From Pedosphaera sp. (GTDB lineage Bacteria > Verrucomicrobiota > Verrucomicrobiia > Limisphaerales > SIBH01), in NCBI GenBank assembly GCA_031414955.1, contig JANOQV010000152.1, positions 1 to 64,000 on the forward strand: a DNA stretch of 64,000 bases. Direction: 5' to 3'. Both the position numbers and the translations under genes were made by a program. This document shows positions 1-10,400 of the stretch, piece by piece. How positions within the stretch are numbered: the first letter of the stretch is position 1; each line of letters begins with the position of its first letter. Below the pieces are notes generated by a model. It searched no databases, was not told the DNA's origin, and saw only the letters and a list, made by a program, of their open reading frames with translations.

Positions 1-1
1 C

Positions 2-112
2 CGGAGTGCGCCCGTCCCCGGGCGCAGCAACGTCCGTCCGCCCGAAGAGTTTGGAATTTGCCGACACCCTGCTTCGCTCCAGCTTGCTGCGCCCGAGGAC
101 GGGCGCACTCCG
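2..112. repeat. REPIN-like inverted pair of REP-like palindromes
   Basis: 29-bp arms 2-30 (cggagtgcgcccgtccccgggcgcagcaa) and 84-112 are reverse complements with 1 mismatch; each arm has an internal hairpin gcgcccg-N4-cgggcgc; the same arms recur at 24942-25051. Confidence 0.85.
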
Positions 113-187
113 TGCCCGCCACTTTCAATCCCACCCGTGAGCATCGCGTGATTGCGCCCGCCGCCTGGAGGCGTTTACCTATGCGGC

Positions 188-1597
188 ATGTTCACCTGTT
201 TCAAACCGGCGCGCTTGTTGTGTCTGGCCTTGTTCGTTGCCGTTGGATTCTCGCTGCGAGCCGCGAACTCGCCTCCCACCGTCGAGCATCCCAACGTCAT
301 CTTCATCTTGGTGGATGATTTGGGAGCCACGGATCTTGGTTGCTTCGGCAGCAAGTCCTACGAGACGCCGCACATCGACCGGCTGGCGGCGGGCGGCATG
401 AAGTTCACGCAGGCCTATTCCGCCTGCACCGTTTGTTCGCCCACGCGCGCCGCGTTTCTCACCGGTCAATATCCGGCACGGCTGCACATCACCGACTGGA
501 TCGCCGGCCATGTCCGGCCGTTCGCGAAGCTCAAGGTGCCGGACTGGCAGAAGTTCCTGCCCGCGTCAGACATGAACATCGCCAAGGCTTTCAGCGCCGC
601 CGGCTACGCCACCATCAGCATCGGCAAGTGGCACCTTGGTCCCACGAATTGTTTTCCGGACCGAGCCGGGTTTGACGCGAATTTAGGCGGCTACGATCGC
701 GGGCAACCGCCGAGTTATTTCGCGCCCTATAAAATCCCAACGCTGGCCGAGGGACCGAAGGGCGAGTTTCTCACGGATCGCGAGTCCGCCGAGGCCGTGC
801 GGTTCATCGAGCGGAACAAGGACCAGCGATTCTTCCTCTACCTGCCGCATTACGCGGTGCATACGCCCATCCAGTCGAAGAGTAACGTGGTGGCAAAGTA
901 CCGGGCCAGGATTCAGCGCGGCGGCGCGCAGACGAACGCCGCCTACGCCGCGCTGGTCGAGAGCGTGGATGACAGCGTGGGCCGCATCGTGGCCGCATTG
1001 GAGAAACTCAAGCTCACCGAGAGCACTCTCATCGTGTTCACCTCGGACAATGGCGGGTTGCTGCCCATCACCAGGAATCTCGGCCTGCGCGTCGGCAAGG
1101 GCTCGGCCTACGAAGGCGGCGTGCGCGTGCCGCTCATCGCGCGCTGGCCCGGCTCAATCCAGGCTGGCAGCACCTGCAACGTCCCGGTGATGACCATAGA
1201 TTTCTATCCCACGTTTCTCGAACTGGCCGCGCTCAAGGATGCGCCCGGTCACGTTGTTGACGGCGAGAGCCTCGTGCCTTTGCTCAAGCAACGGGGCGGC
1301 CTCAAGCGTGCCGCGCTCTACTGGCACTACCCGCACTATCATCCCGGCGGCGCCACGCCCTACAGCGCCGTGCGCGCCGGAGATTGGAAGCTGGTCCAAT
1401 TCCACGAAACGGACCGCGTGGAACTTTACGATCTGAGGCTCGATCCCTTGGAGGCGAACGACCGGGCGGCGGCGGAATCCACGCGGGCCGAGGCTTTGAA
1501 ACAGAAGCTGGCGGCCTGGCGCGGGCAGGTGGGCGCGCAGATGGCGACACCAAATCCCAATTACGATCCCGACCGGGATGCGCCTCGGAAAAAGTAA
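188..1597 (+). CDS. Secreted sulfatase (formylglycine-dependent)
   Basis: Signal peptide; PNVIFILVDDLG, CSPTR (CxPxR), GKWHLG and SDNGG motifs; ATG 188 chosen within ORF 152..1597. Confidence 0.93.
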   Translation: MFTCFKPARLLCLALFVAVGFSLRAANSPPTVEHPNVIFILVDDLGATDLGCFGSKSYETPHIDRLAAGGMKFTQAYSACTVCSPTRAAFLTGQYPARLHITDWIAGHVRPFAKLKVPDWQKFLPASDMNIAKAFSAAGYATISIGKWHLGPTNCFPDRAGFDANLGGYDRGQPPSYFAPYKIPTLAEGPKGEFLTDRESAEAVRFIERNKDQRFFLYLPHYAVHTPIQSKSNVVAKYRARIQRGGAQTNAAYAALVESVDDSVGRIVAALEKLKLTESTLIVFTSDNGGLLPITRNLGLRVGKGSAYEGGVRVPLIARWPGSIQAGSTCNVPVMTIDFYPTFLELAALKDAPGHVVDGESLVPLLKQRGGLKRAALYWHYPHYHPGGATPYSAVRAGDWKLVQFHETDRVELYDLRLDPLEANDRAAAESTRAEALKQKLAAWRGQVGAQMATPNPNYDPDRDAPRKK

Positions 1598-1710
1598 ACG
1601 GGGCCGGGGATGCGCGCTGCCTCCGGGAGCCGGCGCAGTCCATTTACTGCTCGCCACAGGGAGCGCCGTTTTCTACAACCGCGCGACGGATTAACCGCCC
1701 CACTCGATTT

Positions 1711-2010
1711 GTGATTGAAGAACTGACCAACCGCGAACTGCGCGCCCTCAAGGCGCGCGCCCAACTGCTCAAGCCCATGCTCAAGGTCGGCAAGGAGGGA
1801 CTCAGCCCCGCCTTCCTGAAGGCCGTGGATGAAACGCTCGCGCATCACGAGCTGGTGAAGATCAAGTTCGACGAGTTCAAGGAGCAGAAGAAGGAACTCG
1901 GTCCGAAGCTGGCGAAGAGCGTGCGAGCCAGCCTGATCATGCAGGTGGGGCATGTGGTGGTGGTGTTTCGCCGGAAGCCGGCGGGGGAGGAGTCGTCAGT
2001 GAAACAGTAA
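1711..2010 (+). CDS. yhbY: YhbY/CRM-domain RNA-binding protein
   Basis: LKARAQLLKPMLKVGKEGL..HELVKIKF..QVGHVVVVFR; GTG 1711 is in frame with ORF 1384..2010. Confidence 0.88.
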   Translation: MIEELTNRELRALKARAQLLKPMLKVGKEGLSPAFLKAVDETLAHHELVKIKFDEFKEQKKELGPKLAKSVRASLIMQVGHVVVVFRRKPAGEESSVKQ

Positions 2011-2076
2011 TCCGTCATCAGCGATGTGGAATTCGGGCACTGCGTGTTCCCGCTGTTTCACTGATGACTGATGACT
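1991..2076. repeat. Inverted repeat containing heptamer units (ctgatga/tcatcag)
   Basis: agtcgtcagtgaaacag (1991-2007) pairs with ctgtttcactgatgact (2053-2069) with 1 G-U pair; tandem ctgatga units. Confidence 0.55.
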
Positions 2077-2085
2077 CATCCGCGA

Positions 2086-2877
2086 ATGAACTGGTTGGTA
2101 CAATTTTCACTCGCCGTGGCCTGCTGCTGGATCGCCGCCGGGGCGGAGGTGCCGCGCGTCGTCCCCCTCACGCGCGCCCATTCCCACAACGACTACGAGC
2201 AAGCGCGTCCGCTGGCCGAGGCGTTGGCGCGCGGCTTCTGGAGCGTTGAGGCGGATGTGTGGCTTCACCAGGGCCGGCTGCTCGTGGCCCATGATTTCGT
2301 GGATGTGTCGCCGGACAAAACGCTGCAAAGCCTCTACCTGGATCCACTGCGTGCGTTCTTCAAGAGCGATGCCGCCCCCAGGGACGCGCCGCCTTTGACG
2401 TTGCTCATCGATGTGAAGTCGGCGGCGGGGCCGACGTATGCGGCGTTGCGCGCGGTGCTGACGAATTATGCGGACATCCTCACGCGCTTCGAGTCGAACC
2501 TGATCCACACCAATGCGGTGATGGTGATCATCTCGGGTGATCGTGCGGTGCCGGTGATGGCGGCGGAATCTTCGCGCTTCGCGGCGGTGGATGGCCGTCT
2601 GCCGGACTTGGCGGCGAACCCGCCCGTCGCGCTCGTGCCGCTCATCAGCGACAACTGGTCGAAACAGTTCAAGTGGCGCGGCACGGGGCCGCTCCCAGCC
2701 GACGAGCGGGCGAAACTGCGGGCGATGGTTCAGCAAACGCACGCGCAAGGGCGGCGGCTGCGGTTGTGGGCCGCGCCGGACAACGAAGCGGGCTGGAAAG
2801 AGCTTTACGAGGCGGGGGTGGATTTGTTGAACACGGATCACCTGCCGGAGATGAAAGCGTTCCTTGGCTCCCGCTGA
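2086..2877 (+). CDS. PI-PLC/glycerophosphodiester phosphodiesterase-like secreted protein
   Basis: Signal peptide; AHSHNDY, SVEADVW, LLVAHD, LLIDVK and GVDLLNTD motifs. Confidence 0.82.
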   Translation: MNWLVQFSLAVACCWIAAGAEVPRVVPLTRAHSHNDYEQARPLAEALARGFWSVEADVWLHQGRLLVAHDFVDVSPDKTLQSLYLDPLRAFFKSDAAPRDAPPLTLLIDVKSAAGPTYAALRAVLTNYADILTRFESNLIHTNAVMVIISGDRAVPVMAAESSRFAAVDGRLPDLAANPPVALVPLISDNWSKQFKWRGTGPLPADERAKLRAMVQQTHAQGRRLRLWAAPDNEAGWKELYEAGVDLLNTDHLPEMKAFLGSR

Positions 2878-2908
2878 TTGGGACGTCCCCGCTGGCTCGG
2901 GTAAAAAC

Positions 2909-2936
2909 TTGACCGGCCATGGCCCGCACCTAGCAT
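2909..2936 (+). promoter_or_regulatory. Putative sigma70 promoter of carA
   Basis: TTGACC-N16-TAGCAT ending 28 nt before the carA ATG. Confidence 0.45.
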
Positions 2937-2964
2937 CGCGCCCAATTTGGTTCGGTTGTCACAG

Positions 2965-4122
2965 ATGAAAGCGATTTTAGCCCTCGAGGACGGCACGGTG
3001 TTTCACGGCCAGGGTTTTGGCGCGCACGCCCAGGCCTGCGGCGAGGTGTGCTTCAACACGTCGATGACAGGCTACCAGGAAATTCTCACCGACCCTTCCT
3101 ACAAGGGGCAGATCGTGACCATGACCTACCCGCTCATCGGCAATTACGGCGTGAACGCGCAGGATGTGGAGTCGTGGCAGCCGCACGTCGCCGGGTTCGT
3201 GATTCGTGAGCTTTCACCCGTGGTCAGCAACTGGCGCGCGGACTGGACGCTGGACGAGTATCTCAAGCGGTATTCCATCCCCGGCATTCAAGGCATCGAC
3301 ACGCGGGCGCTGACCAAGAAGCTGCGCGTGCGGGGCGCGATGAACGGCTTCCTCACCACCGAGGACATGAGCGCCGAGGAAGCGGTGCGCCGGGCCAAGG
3401 CCTGGCCGGGTTTGGTGGGCATGGATTACGTGAAGGACGTGACGCACAAGGAAGCGTTCGCGTGGGATCCGAAGGATGAGCAAAGCGCGGAGTTCGACAT
3501 CGTGCGCTCGCATGTGAAGGCCGACGCAAGGAACATTCGCAAGCCACTGCCCGCCGCCGACATTCCGATTGTCGCCTTCGACTTCGGGATGAAATACAAT
3601 ATCCTCCGCAATCTCCGGCAGGCGGGCTTCAAGGTGCAGGTGCTGCCCGCCACGACTTCAGCGGCCGAGGCTCTCAAGTACAAGCCGGCTGGCGTGTTCC
3701 TTTCCAACGGTCCCGGCGATCCGGCGGCGCTCGGCTACATCGTGCGCGAGGTGAAGTCCCTGATTGATTCCGGCATTCCCATCTTCGGCATCTGCCTCGG
3801 GCATCAAATCCTCGGGCAGGCGTTCGGTGGCAAGACCTTCAAGCTCAAGTTCGGTCATCGCGGTGGCAACCAGCCGGTGAAAGATCTGGAGTCCGGCAAA
3901 GTGGAAATCACTTCGCAGAATCACGGATTCGCCGTCGATGCGGCCTCGTTGCCCTCCGAAGTTTCGGTGAACCGCACCAACCTCAACGATCAGACGGTCG
4001 AGGGTCTGCGGCACAAGACCAAGCCCATCTATTGCGTGCAGTATCATCCCGAGGCCTCGCCCGGACCGCACGACTCGAATCCGCTCTTCGCGGAGTTCCG
4101 GGCGCTGATCGAGAAACAATAG
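2965..4122 (+). CDS. carA: Carbamoyl-phosphate synthase small subunit
   Basis: GEVCFNTSMTGYQEILTDPSY, LSNGPGDP, GICLGHQ, TSQNHGF and QYHPEASPGPHD. Confidence 0.97.
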   Translation: MKAILALEDGTVFHGQGFGAHAQACGEVCFNTSMTGYQEILTDPSYKGQIVTMTYPLIGNYGVNAQDVESWQPHVAGFVIRELSPVVSNWRADWTLDEYLKRYSIPGIQGIDTRALTKKLRVRGAMNGFLTTEDMSAEEAVRRAKAWPGLVGMDYVKDVTHKEAFAWDPKDEQSAEFDIVRSHVKADARNIRKPLPAADIPIVAFDFGMKYNILRNLRQAGFKVQVLPATTSAAEALKYKPAGVFLSNGPGDPAALGYIVREVKSLIDSGIPIFGICLGHQILGQAFGGKTFKLKFGHRGGNQPVKDLESGKVEITSQNHGFAVDAASLPSEVSVNRTNLNDQTVEGLRHKTKPIYCVQYHPEASPGPHDSNPLFAEFRALIEKQ

Positions 4123-4473
4123 CCTCCATTTCCCGCCAACCGGACGAAGCGCCTCCCCGGTGTCGCAGCACGACCGATCCTGGATTCCGGCGCGTGCGCA
4201 TGGCCTGCGGAACTGAGTCTCAGCTGAAGCGAGGCCGCGGTGATTTGGGATCACTAACAAAACGACTAAGCCAAGGGACGCGGCTTCTCCGGGCCACGAC
4301 CCCGGACCGGTTCTGATCCATCGAGCAGTTTCGTTTCCGTTGGTGAAATGAATTGGTTGAGATTTTTCTTCCAGAAATGACTTGCGTTGGCCCGGAAGCG
4401 TATCAGTGTCACACCTACTTACGCGTCTCAGCGTGGAGACGCCCCGGTCAACCGAACTCGAATCAGGGCAACT

Positions 4474-7400
4474 ATGAAAAATCTCTCCACCCTCAAACTG
4501 GTTTCTGTCGTGCTCATGCTCATCGTCGCCGCGGGCGTTTGGGCCTTTCAACCCTCCGGACACCCTCCATTGCCCGACATGGACAAACGTTCCGGACGCG
4601 GGGTTCAAACCAAGGATCCTCCGGCGGCGCAGGCCGGTGCGGCGCGTGAACTTCAGACACGAGTGCCCGGTGCGAAGATTGAGTTCGAGCCAATCACCGG
4701 TGCGCCGAAAATGGTTTCGGTTCCGGGCGGCTTCCTGACCGGCGCGGCCGGGAAAGGCGCGGCGATCTCACTGCGCGCGCTGGCCGCGGCGCGCGCGGAT
4801 GATCCGCATCGTGTGACCAAGGCCTTTCTGAACGAGCACCGGTTGTTGTTCGGCCACGGCGCTGAGGCGCTGGCCCAGGCGCGCGTCACGCGCGACTACG
4901 TCACCCCGCACAATGGCCTGCGCACCGTGGTGTGGGAGCAGACGGTGGATGGCATTCCGGTTTTCCAGTCGGTGCTGATCGCCCACACGACCAGCCGAGG
5001 CGAACTGGTCAGCGTCTCGGATCAGTTTGTTGGCAGTCCGGATCAGGCGGCAGCCCAGGGCACGCCGAATCGCGCGGCGCTTCTGGCCGGGACGGTCGTC
5101 GCCGCCGCACAAGCGGTGGCCCTGGCGGCGCAGAATTTAGGCGAAGAACTCACCGCCGCCAAAGTGGCGACGGTCGGAGCCGCGAACGCCGGCCCGGAGC
5201 AGGCGCAAAAATTTACAGCCCCCAGTCTGAATGGTGAGACCGAGGTGAAACGGATCTGGCTGCCGATGGACCGGAACGCGATGCGCCTGTGCTGGGATGT
5301 CATCCTGACCAGTCGCAAAGCCGGCGGGATGTTCCGCGTGCTGGTGGATGCGGGGACGGGCGAGGTGCTCGTGCGGCGCAGCCTGACCCGGAACATCACC
5401 AACGCCACCTACCGCGTTTTCACCAGCGACAGTCCTTCGCCGTTCTCGCCCGGGCATCCGACGCCCTTGACGAATCAACCCCCGCTTGTGGCCCGGTCGC
5501 TCGTGACGCTCCCCGCCCTGAACACGAATGCCTCGCCCCTTGGCTGGATTAACGACGGCCAGAACCAAACGCTGGGCAACAACGTTGATGCCCACACGGA
5601 TCGAAATGACGACAATTCGCCGGACCTGCCGCGGCCGCAGGGTTCGCCTTTCCGGGTCTTCGATTTTTCGATGAACCTGACCAACGACGATCCGCTCCTT
5701 TATACCAACGCTTCCGTGGTGCAGTTGTTCTACACCTGCAACTGGATCCACGACCGGCTTTACGAACTGGGGTTCACCGAGTCGGCGGGCAATTTCCAAC
5801 TGACCAACTTTGGGCGGGGCGGATTGCAGAATGATCCCGTGCAGGCGGATGCCCTGGACGGCGGCGGCACCGACAACGCCAACATGTCCACGCCGCCCGA
5901 CGGCTCGTCGCCGCGCATGCAGATGTACATTTTCACCGGCATGTTGCCGCGCCGCGATGGCGATCTGGACACGGAGATCGTCATTCACGAATACGCCCAT
6001 GGCTTGAGCTGGCGGCTGGTGGGTGGCGGCCAGGCGCTGGGTACCTCGCAGTCGGACGGCATGGGCGAGGGCTGGTCGGATTTTTACGGCCTGACCCTGT
6101 TGAGCGAGGCGGCTGACGACGTGAATGGCAACTACGCGGCGGGCGCTTATGCGGCTTACAAGATCGGCGGGCCGAACGACACCAAGAATTACTACTTCGG
6201 CATCCGGCGCTACCCGTACAGCACGGACCTGACGAAGAATCCGCTCACCTTCAAGGACATCGATCCGGCGCAGGCCGACAACTGCTCGTCGGGCGCGCCC
6301 TTTCACTCCGACATGTTTGGCACCTGCTCGCCGGGGAACGCCGCTGAAGTTCACGCCCAGGGCGAAGTGTGGTGCGTGACGCTGTGGGAGGCGCGGGCCA
6401 ATCTCATCAACCGTCATGGCTGGGCCGTGGGCAACCAGCTCATCCTGCAGCTGGTCACCGACGGCATGAAGCTCTCACCGCCCCAGCCGAATTTCCTCCA
6501 AGCCCGCGATGCCATCCTCCAGGCGGATGTGGTCAACAGCGGCGGCGCAAACCTGCCGGACCTCTGGGCGGCGTTCGCCAAGCGCGGCATGGGTTACAGC
6601 GCGACGTCACCGGCGAGCTTCACGACCGACGGCGTGGTTGAGGCTTACGATGTGCCGGACACGCTGCAAATTCTTCCCACGACCGGCTTCACAAGCCGTG
6701 GACCGGTGGGCGGGCCGTTTGACATCACCGCGCAGATTTTCACGCTGACCAACATCGGCACCAACGCGTTCACCTGGACGCTGGTCAACACTTGCGCGTG
6801 GCTGAACGTGACGCCGTCCGGCGGCTCGCTCACGCCCGGCGGCGTGGCGGCCACGGTGACGTCCAGTTTGAATGGCACTGCGGCGACGCTGCCTCTGGGC
6901 ATCTACACCGGCACGATCTGGTTCTCGAATCTGGTCAGCGGCATCGGGCAGAGCCGCACCTTCACCCTGCGCGCGGGGCAGTTGGACTTCTTCACCGAGC
7001 TGTTCAGTGGCGACAATGATCTGGATTTCCAATCCTTCACCTTCACGCCCGACGGCGGGGCCAGCTTTTATGCCGGCTGCCGCGATGTGGCGACGAACTT
7101 TCCGACTGACCCCACGGGCGGGACTTTCGTGTCGCTGGGGGACGACAACTCCATCCAGGTCACCTTGAGCGGCACCAACACCGTGGCCATCTACACCCGG
7201 CGCAACAACGTCTTCTTCATCGGGAGCAACGGCTACCTGACGATGGATTCCGGCGATGCCGTCTATGTGGAATCGTTCGAGAATCATTTCAACCGTCCCC
7301 GGGTCGCGGCGCTGTTTGACGATTTGTACCCTGGCCAAGGCGGCACCGTGTCGTGGAAGGAGACCATCGATCGGGTGGCCGTGACTTTCGACAACGTGGT

Positions 7401-10400
7401 GGAATTTGGATCGAGCGCGATGGTCAATTTCCAGATTGAGATGTTCTACGACGGCCGCATCCGCATCACCTACCTCGCGGTCGGCATCACGGACGCGCTG
7501 GCGGGATTGTCCGAAGGGCTGGGGGTTCCGGCCGGTTTCGAGGAGAGCGATTTCAGCGGCTACGCGATCTGCCCGCCGCCGGATGACCTGCTGATCACGC
7601 CCGTGGCGGGCCTCAACTCGCAAGGCTATGAGGGCGGGCCGTTCTCGGTCTCGAACAAGATTTACACCCTGACCAACGTGGGGACGAACTCGCACAACTG
7701 GACGGCCACGACGACGCAGAACTGGATCAATGTGTCGGCCCCAGGCGGCGCGCTCGCCGCGGGCGCCAGCACCAACGTCACCGTTTCGATCAATGCGCTG
7801 GCCTATGCCTTCACCCCGGCGCTCTACAGCGGCGGCGTCACCTTCTCCAACGTGGAAAGCGGGTTTGTCCAGTCGCGCAACGTCTCGCTCCAGGTGCTGG
7901 CCATTCCGGGCGAGATTGCGGTGCTGGACTCGGTGCCGTCGGCGACCGATTTACAGATTCCCTTCGGCGACTTGATCACCGGACTTGTGCGGACCGAGCA
8001 GATCACGATCACCAATTCCAATCCCACCTATGGAATTATCATCTCCAACATTTCCTTTGGCTCCTACGTCGAGGATTTCAATGACGGCCTTGCCCAGGGC
8101 TGGGTGCCCGCCGTGCCGGGCGACTGGTCGGTGACCGGTGGGGAATATCAAGCCGCGTTTGCCGGTTCGCGCTGGATGTTCTCCCGCTACGGCGGCCAGA
8201 CCTGGAGCACGGTCGCGGCGCAGATGAGCTGCCGTCGCGTGGGCGACCCGTACAACTCCGCCGCCCTCCTGCTCCGGGCCACGCCTGATTTCGATGATGG
8301 AGTGGGTTCGGCTTACATCTTTCAGATTGCGGTGGATGGCTCTTATGGAGTCTGGAAGCAGGTCAACGGTTCGTTTGACTGGCTGCAGGAATGGACCCCA
8401 TCCGCCGCCATCCAGTCCGGCACCAATGTTCTCGCGGGGGTGGCCGATGGCAGCGCCTTGAGCTTCTACATCAATGGCGTCCTGGTGTGGAGCGGGACCG
8501 ACACCGCATTGACGAGCGGGTTGATCGGCCTGGGGGGATACTCCGACGCGTCCACCCACTTCTTCGATAATGTGACGGCGAGCGAGAATCCGCTGGTCGG
8601 AGTTTTGTCGGCCAGCCAGCGTTGGCACAACCAGCATCCGGTGTCCGGCGGTCATCGCGGCGCGGCTCCGGCCGGGAGCGCCCGGACGAATCCCGCGCGC
8701 CAGGATCTTTCCGGCAGCGGGCGTTCGTGGGTGGTGGCATCCTCCGTCACCAACGGCCCGTTCCGATTGGAGAATCTCCCTGCGCTTCCCTACACCGTGC
8801 CGCCGCTCGGGTCGTTGACCTTCCAGGTCGCCTACCAGCCTTCGGCGGTGGGTTCGAATTACACCAAGGTCGTGATCGAAAACAACGACGCTGACGAACC
8901 GCGCGTGGAAGTGGAGGCCAGCGGGCGGGGCATTCTGGATTACCTGCACATCACGCCGGTGGGAGATTTCGTCACGCTGGGACATCCCGGCGGCCCCTTC
9001 AATCCCGCCTCGACCCTCTATGTGTTGAGCAACGGCGGTCCCGTCTCGGTGAACTGGTCCACCCTTCACACTCAAGCTTGGGTGAATGTGGTCCCGTCCG
9101 GCGGCGCCCTGGCCGTCGGTCAATCCGTGAGCGTGACGGTCAGCCTGACGGCGGCGGCCAATGCGCTGCCGGAAGGATTGCATCACGATGCCGTCACCTT
9201 CACCAACCTCACCACGACACGCGCGCAGCAACGCGGCGTTCACCTGACGGTGTTCACCAGCCCGCAAATCGTGGTGGCTCCCGGCTCGATGCATGTGACC
9301 AACGCGGTGGGCCGTTCGACCAACCTCACGCTCACGGTCAGCAACGCCCTCACGGCAGACGGCAGCCTCACTTTCAACATCCAGGCGCAGGAGACGGGGC
9401 GTTCGATCCAGAGCATCGCGGCCATCGCCGCAACGGGCGTGGGCTTGCCGCCGGCCGGCCATGATTTCACCCGGCTGGCCGCCAGCAAGGAATACACTCC
9501 GGGCCGGCTGCTGGTGCGGTTCACGCCGGGTGTCCAGGCGGTGCAACGCGCGCAGATGGTGAATGCCCTGGGCGGCCAGATCACGCGCGAGTACAGAATC
9601 GTGCCGGGACTTTGCGTGGTGGAACTGCCCGCCAACTTGAGCGTGGCCCAGGCGCTGCAGAGCTTCAACCAGACGGCCGGCATCCTTTACGCCGAGCCGG
9701 ATTACCGCGTCCAAGCGAACGTCACGCCCAACGATGCGCGCTTCGGCGAACTCTGGGGCATGAACAACACCGGCCAGACGGGCGGCACTCCGGGTGCCGA
9801 CATCGACGCGCCTGAAGCCTGGGCGCTCAACACCGGCAGCCGGCAGGTGGTCGTGGCCGTGATCGACACGGGCGTTGATTACACCCATCCCGATTTGACC
9901 AACAACATCTGGACCAACCTGGGCGAAATCGCGGGCAACGGTCTTGACGATGACAACAACGGATTCGTGGATGACATCCACGGCTACGACTTCGTCAACG
10001 GCGATGGCGATCCGATGGACGACCATTATCACGGCACGCACTGCGCCGGCACCATCGGCGCCGAGGGCAACAACGGCATCGGCGTGGCCGGTGTTTGCTG
10101 GCAGGTGCGGATCATGGCGCTGAAGTTTCTCGATGCTGGCGGCGGCGGCAGCACCGCCGATGCAATCTCCTGTGTCGAGTACGCCACGCTCATGGGCGCG
10201 CGGGTGATGAACAATTCGTGGGGCGGCGGCGGCTATGAGCAGGCGCTCAAGGATGTCATCGACGCGGCCGGCGCGGTGAACAACCTTTTCGTGGCGGCGG
10301 CCGGCAACGCGGGCAGCGACAACGACGCCAATCCATTTTACCCGGCGGCCTATGACTCCACCAATCTTGTGGCCGTCATGTCCACGGATCACGACGACGA

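Noticed and set aside
2965..4122. carA without carB (also hisF alone and ilvB without ilvN)
   Set aside because: Dispersed biosynthetic genes are ordinary in PVC genomes; partners are probably elsewhere
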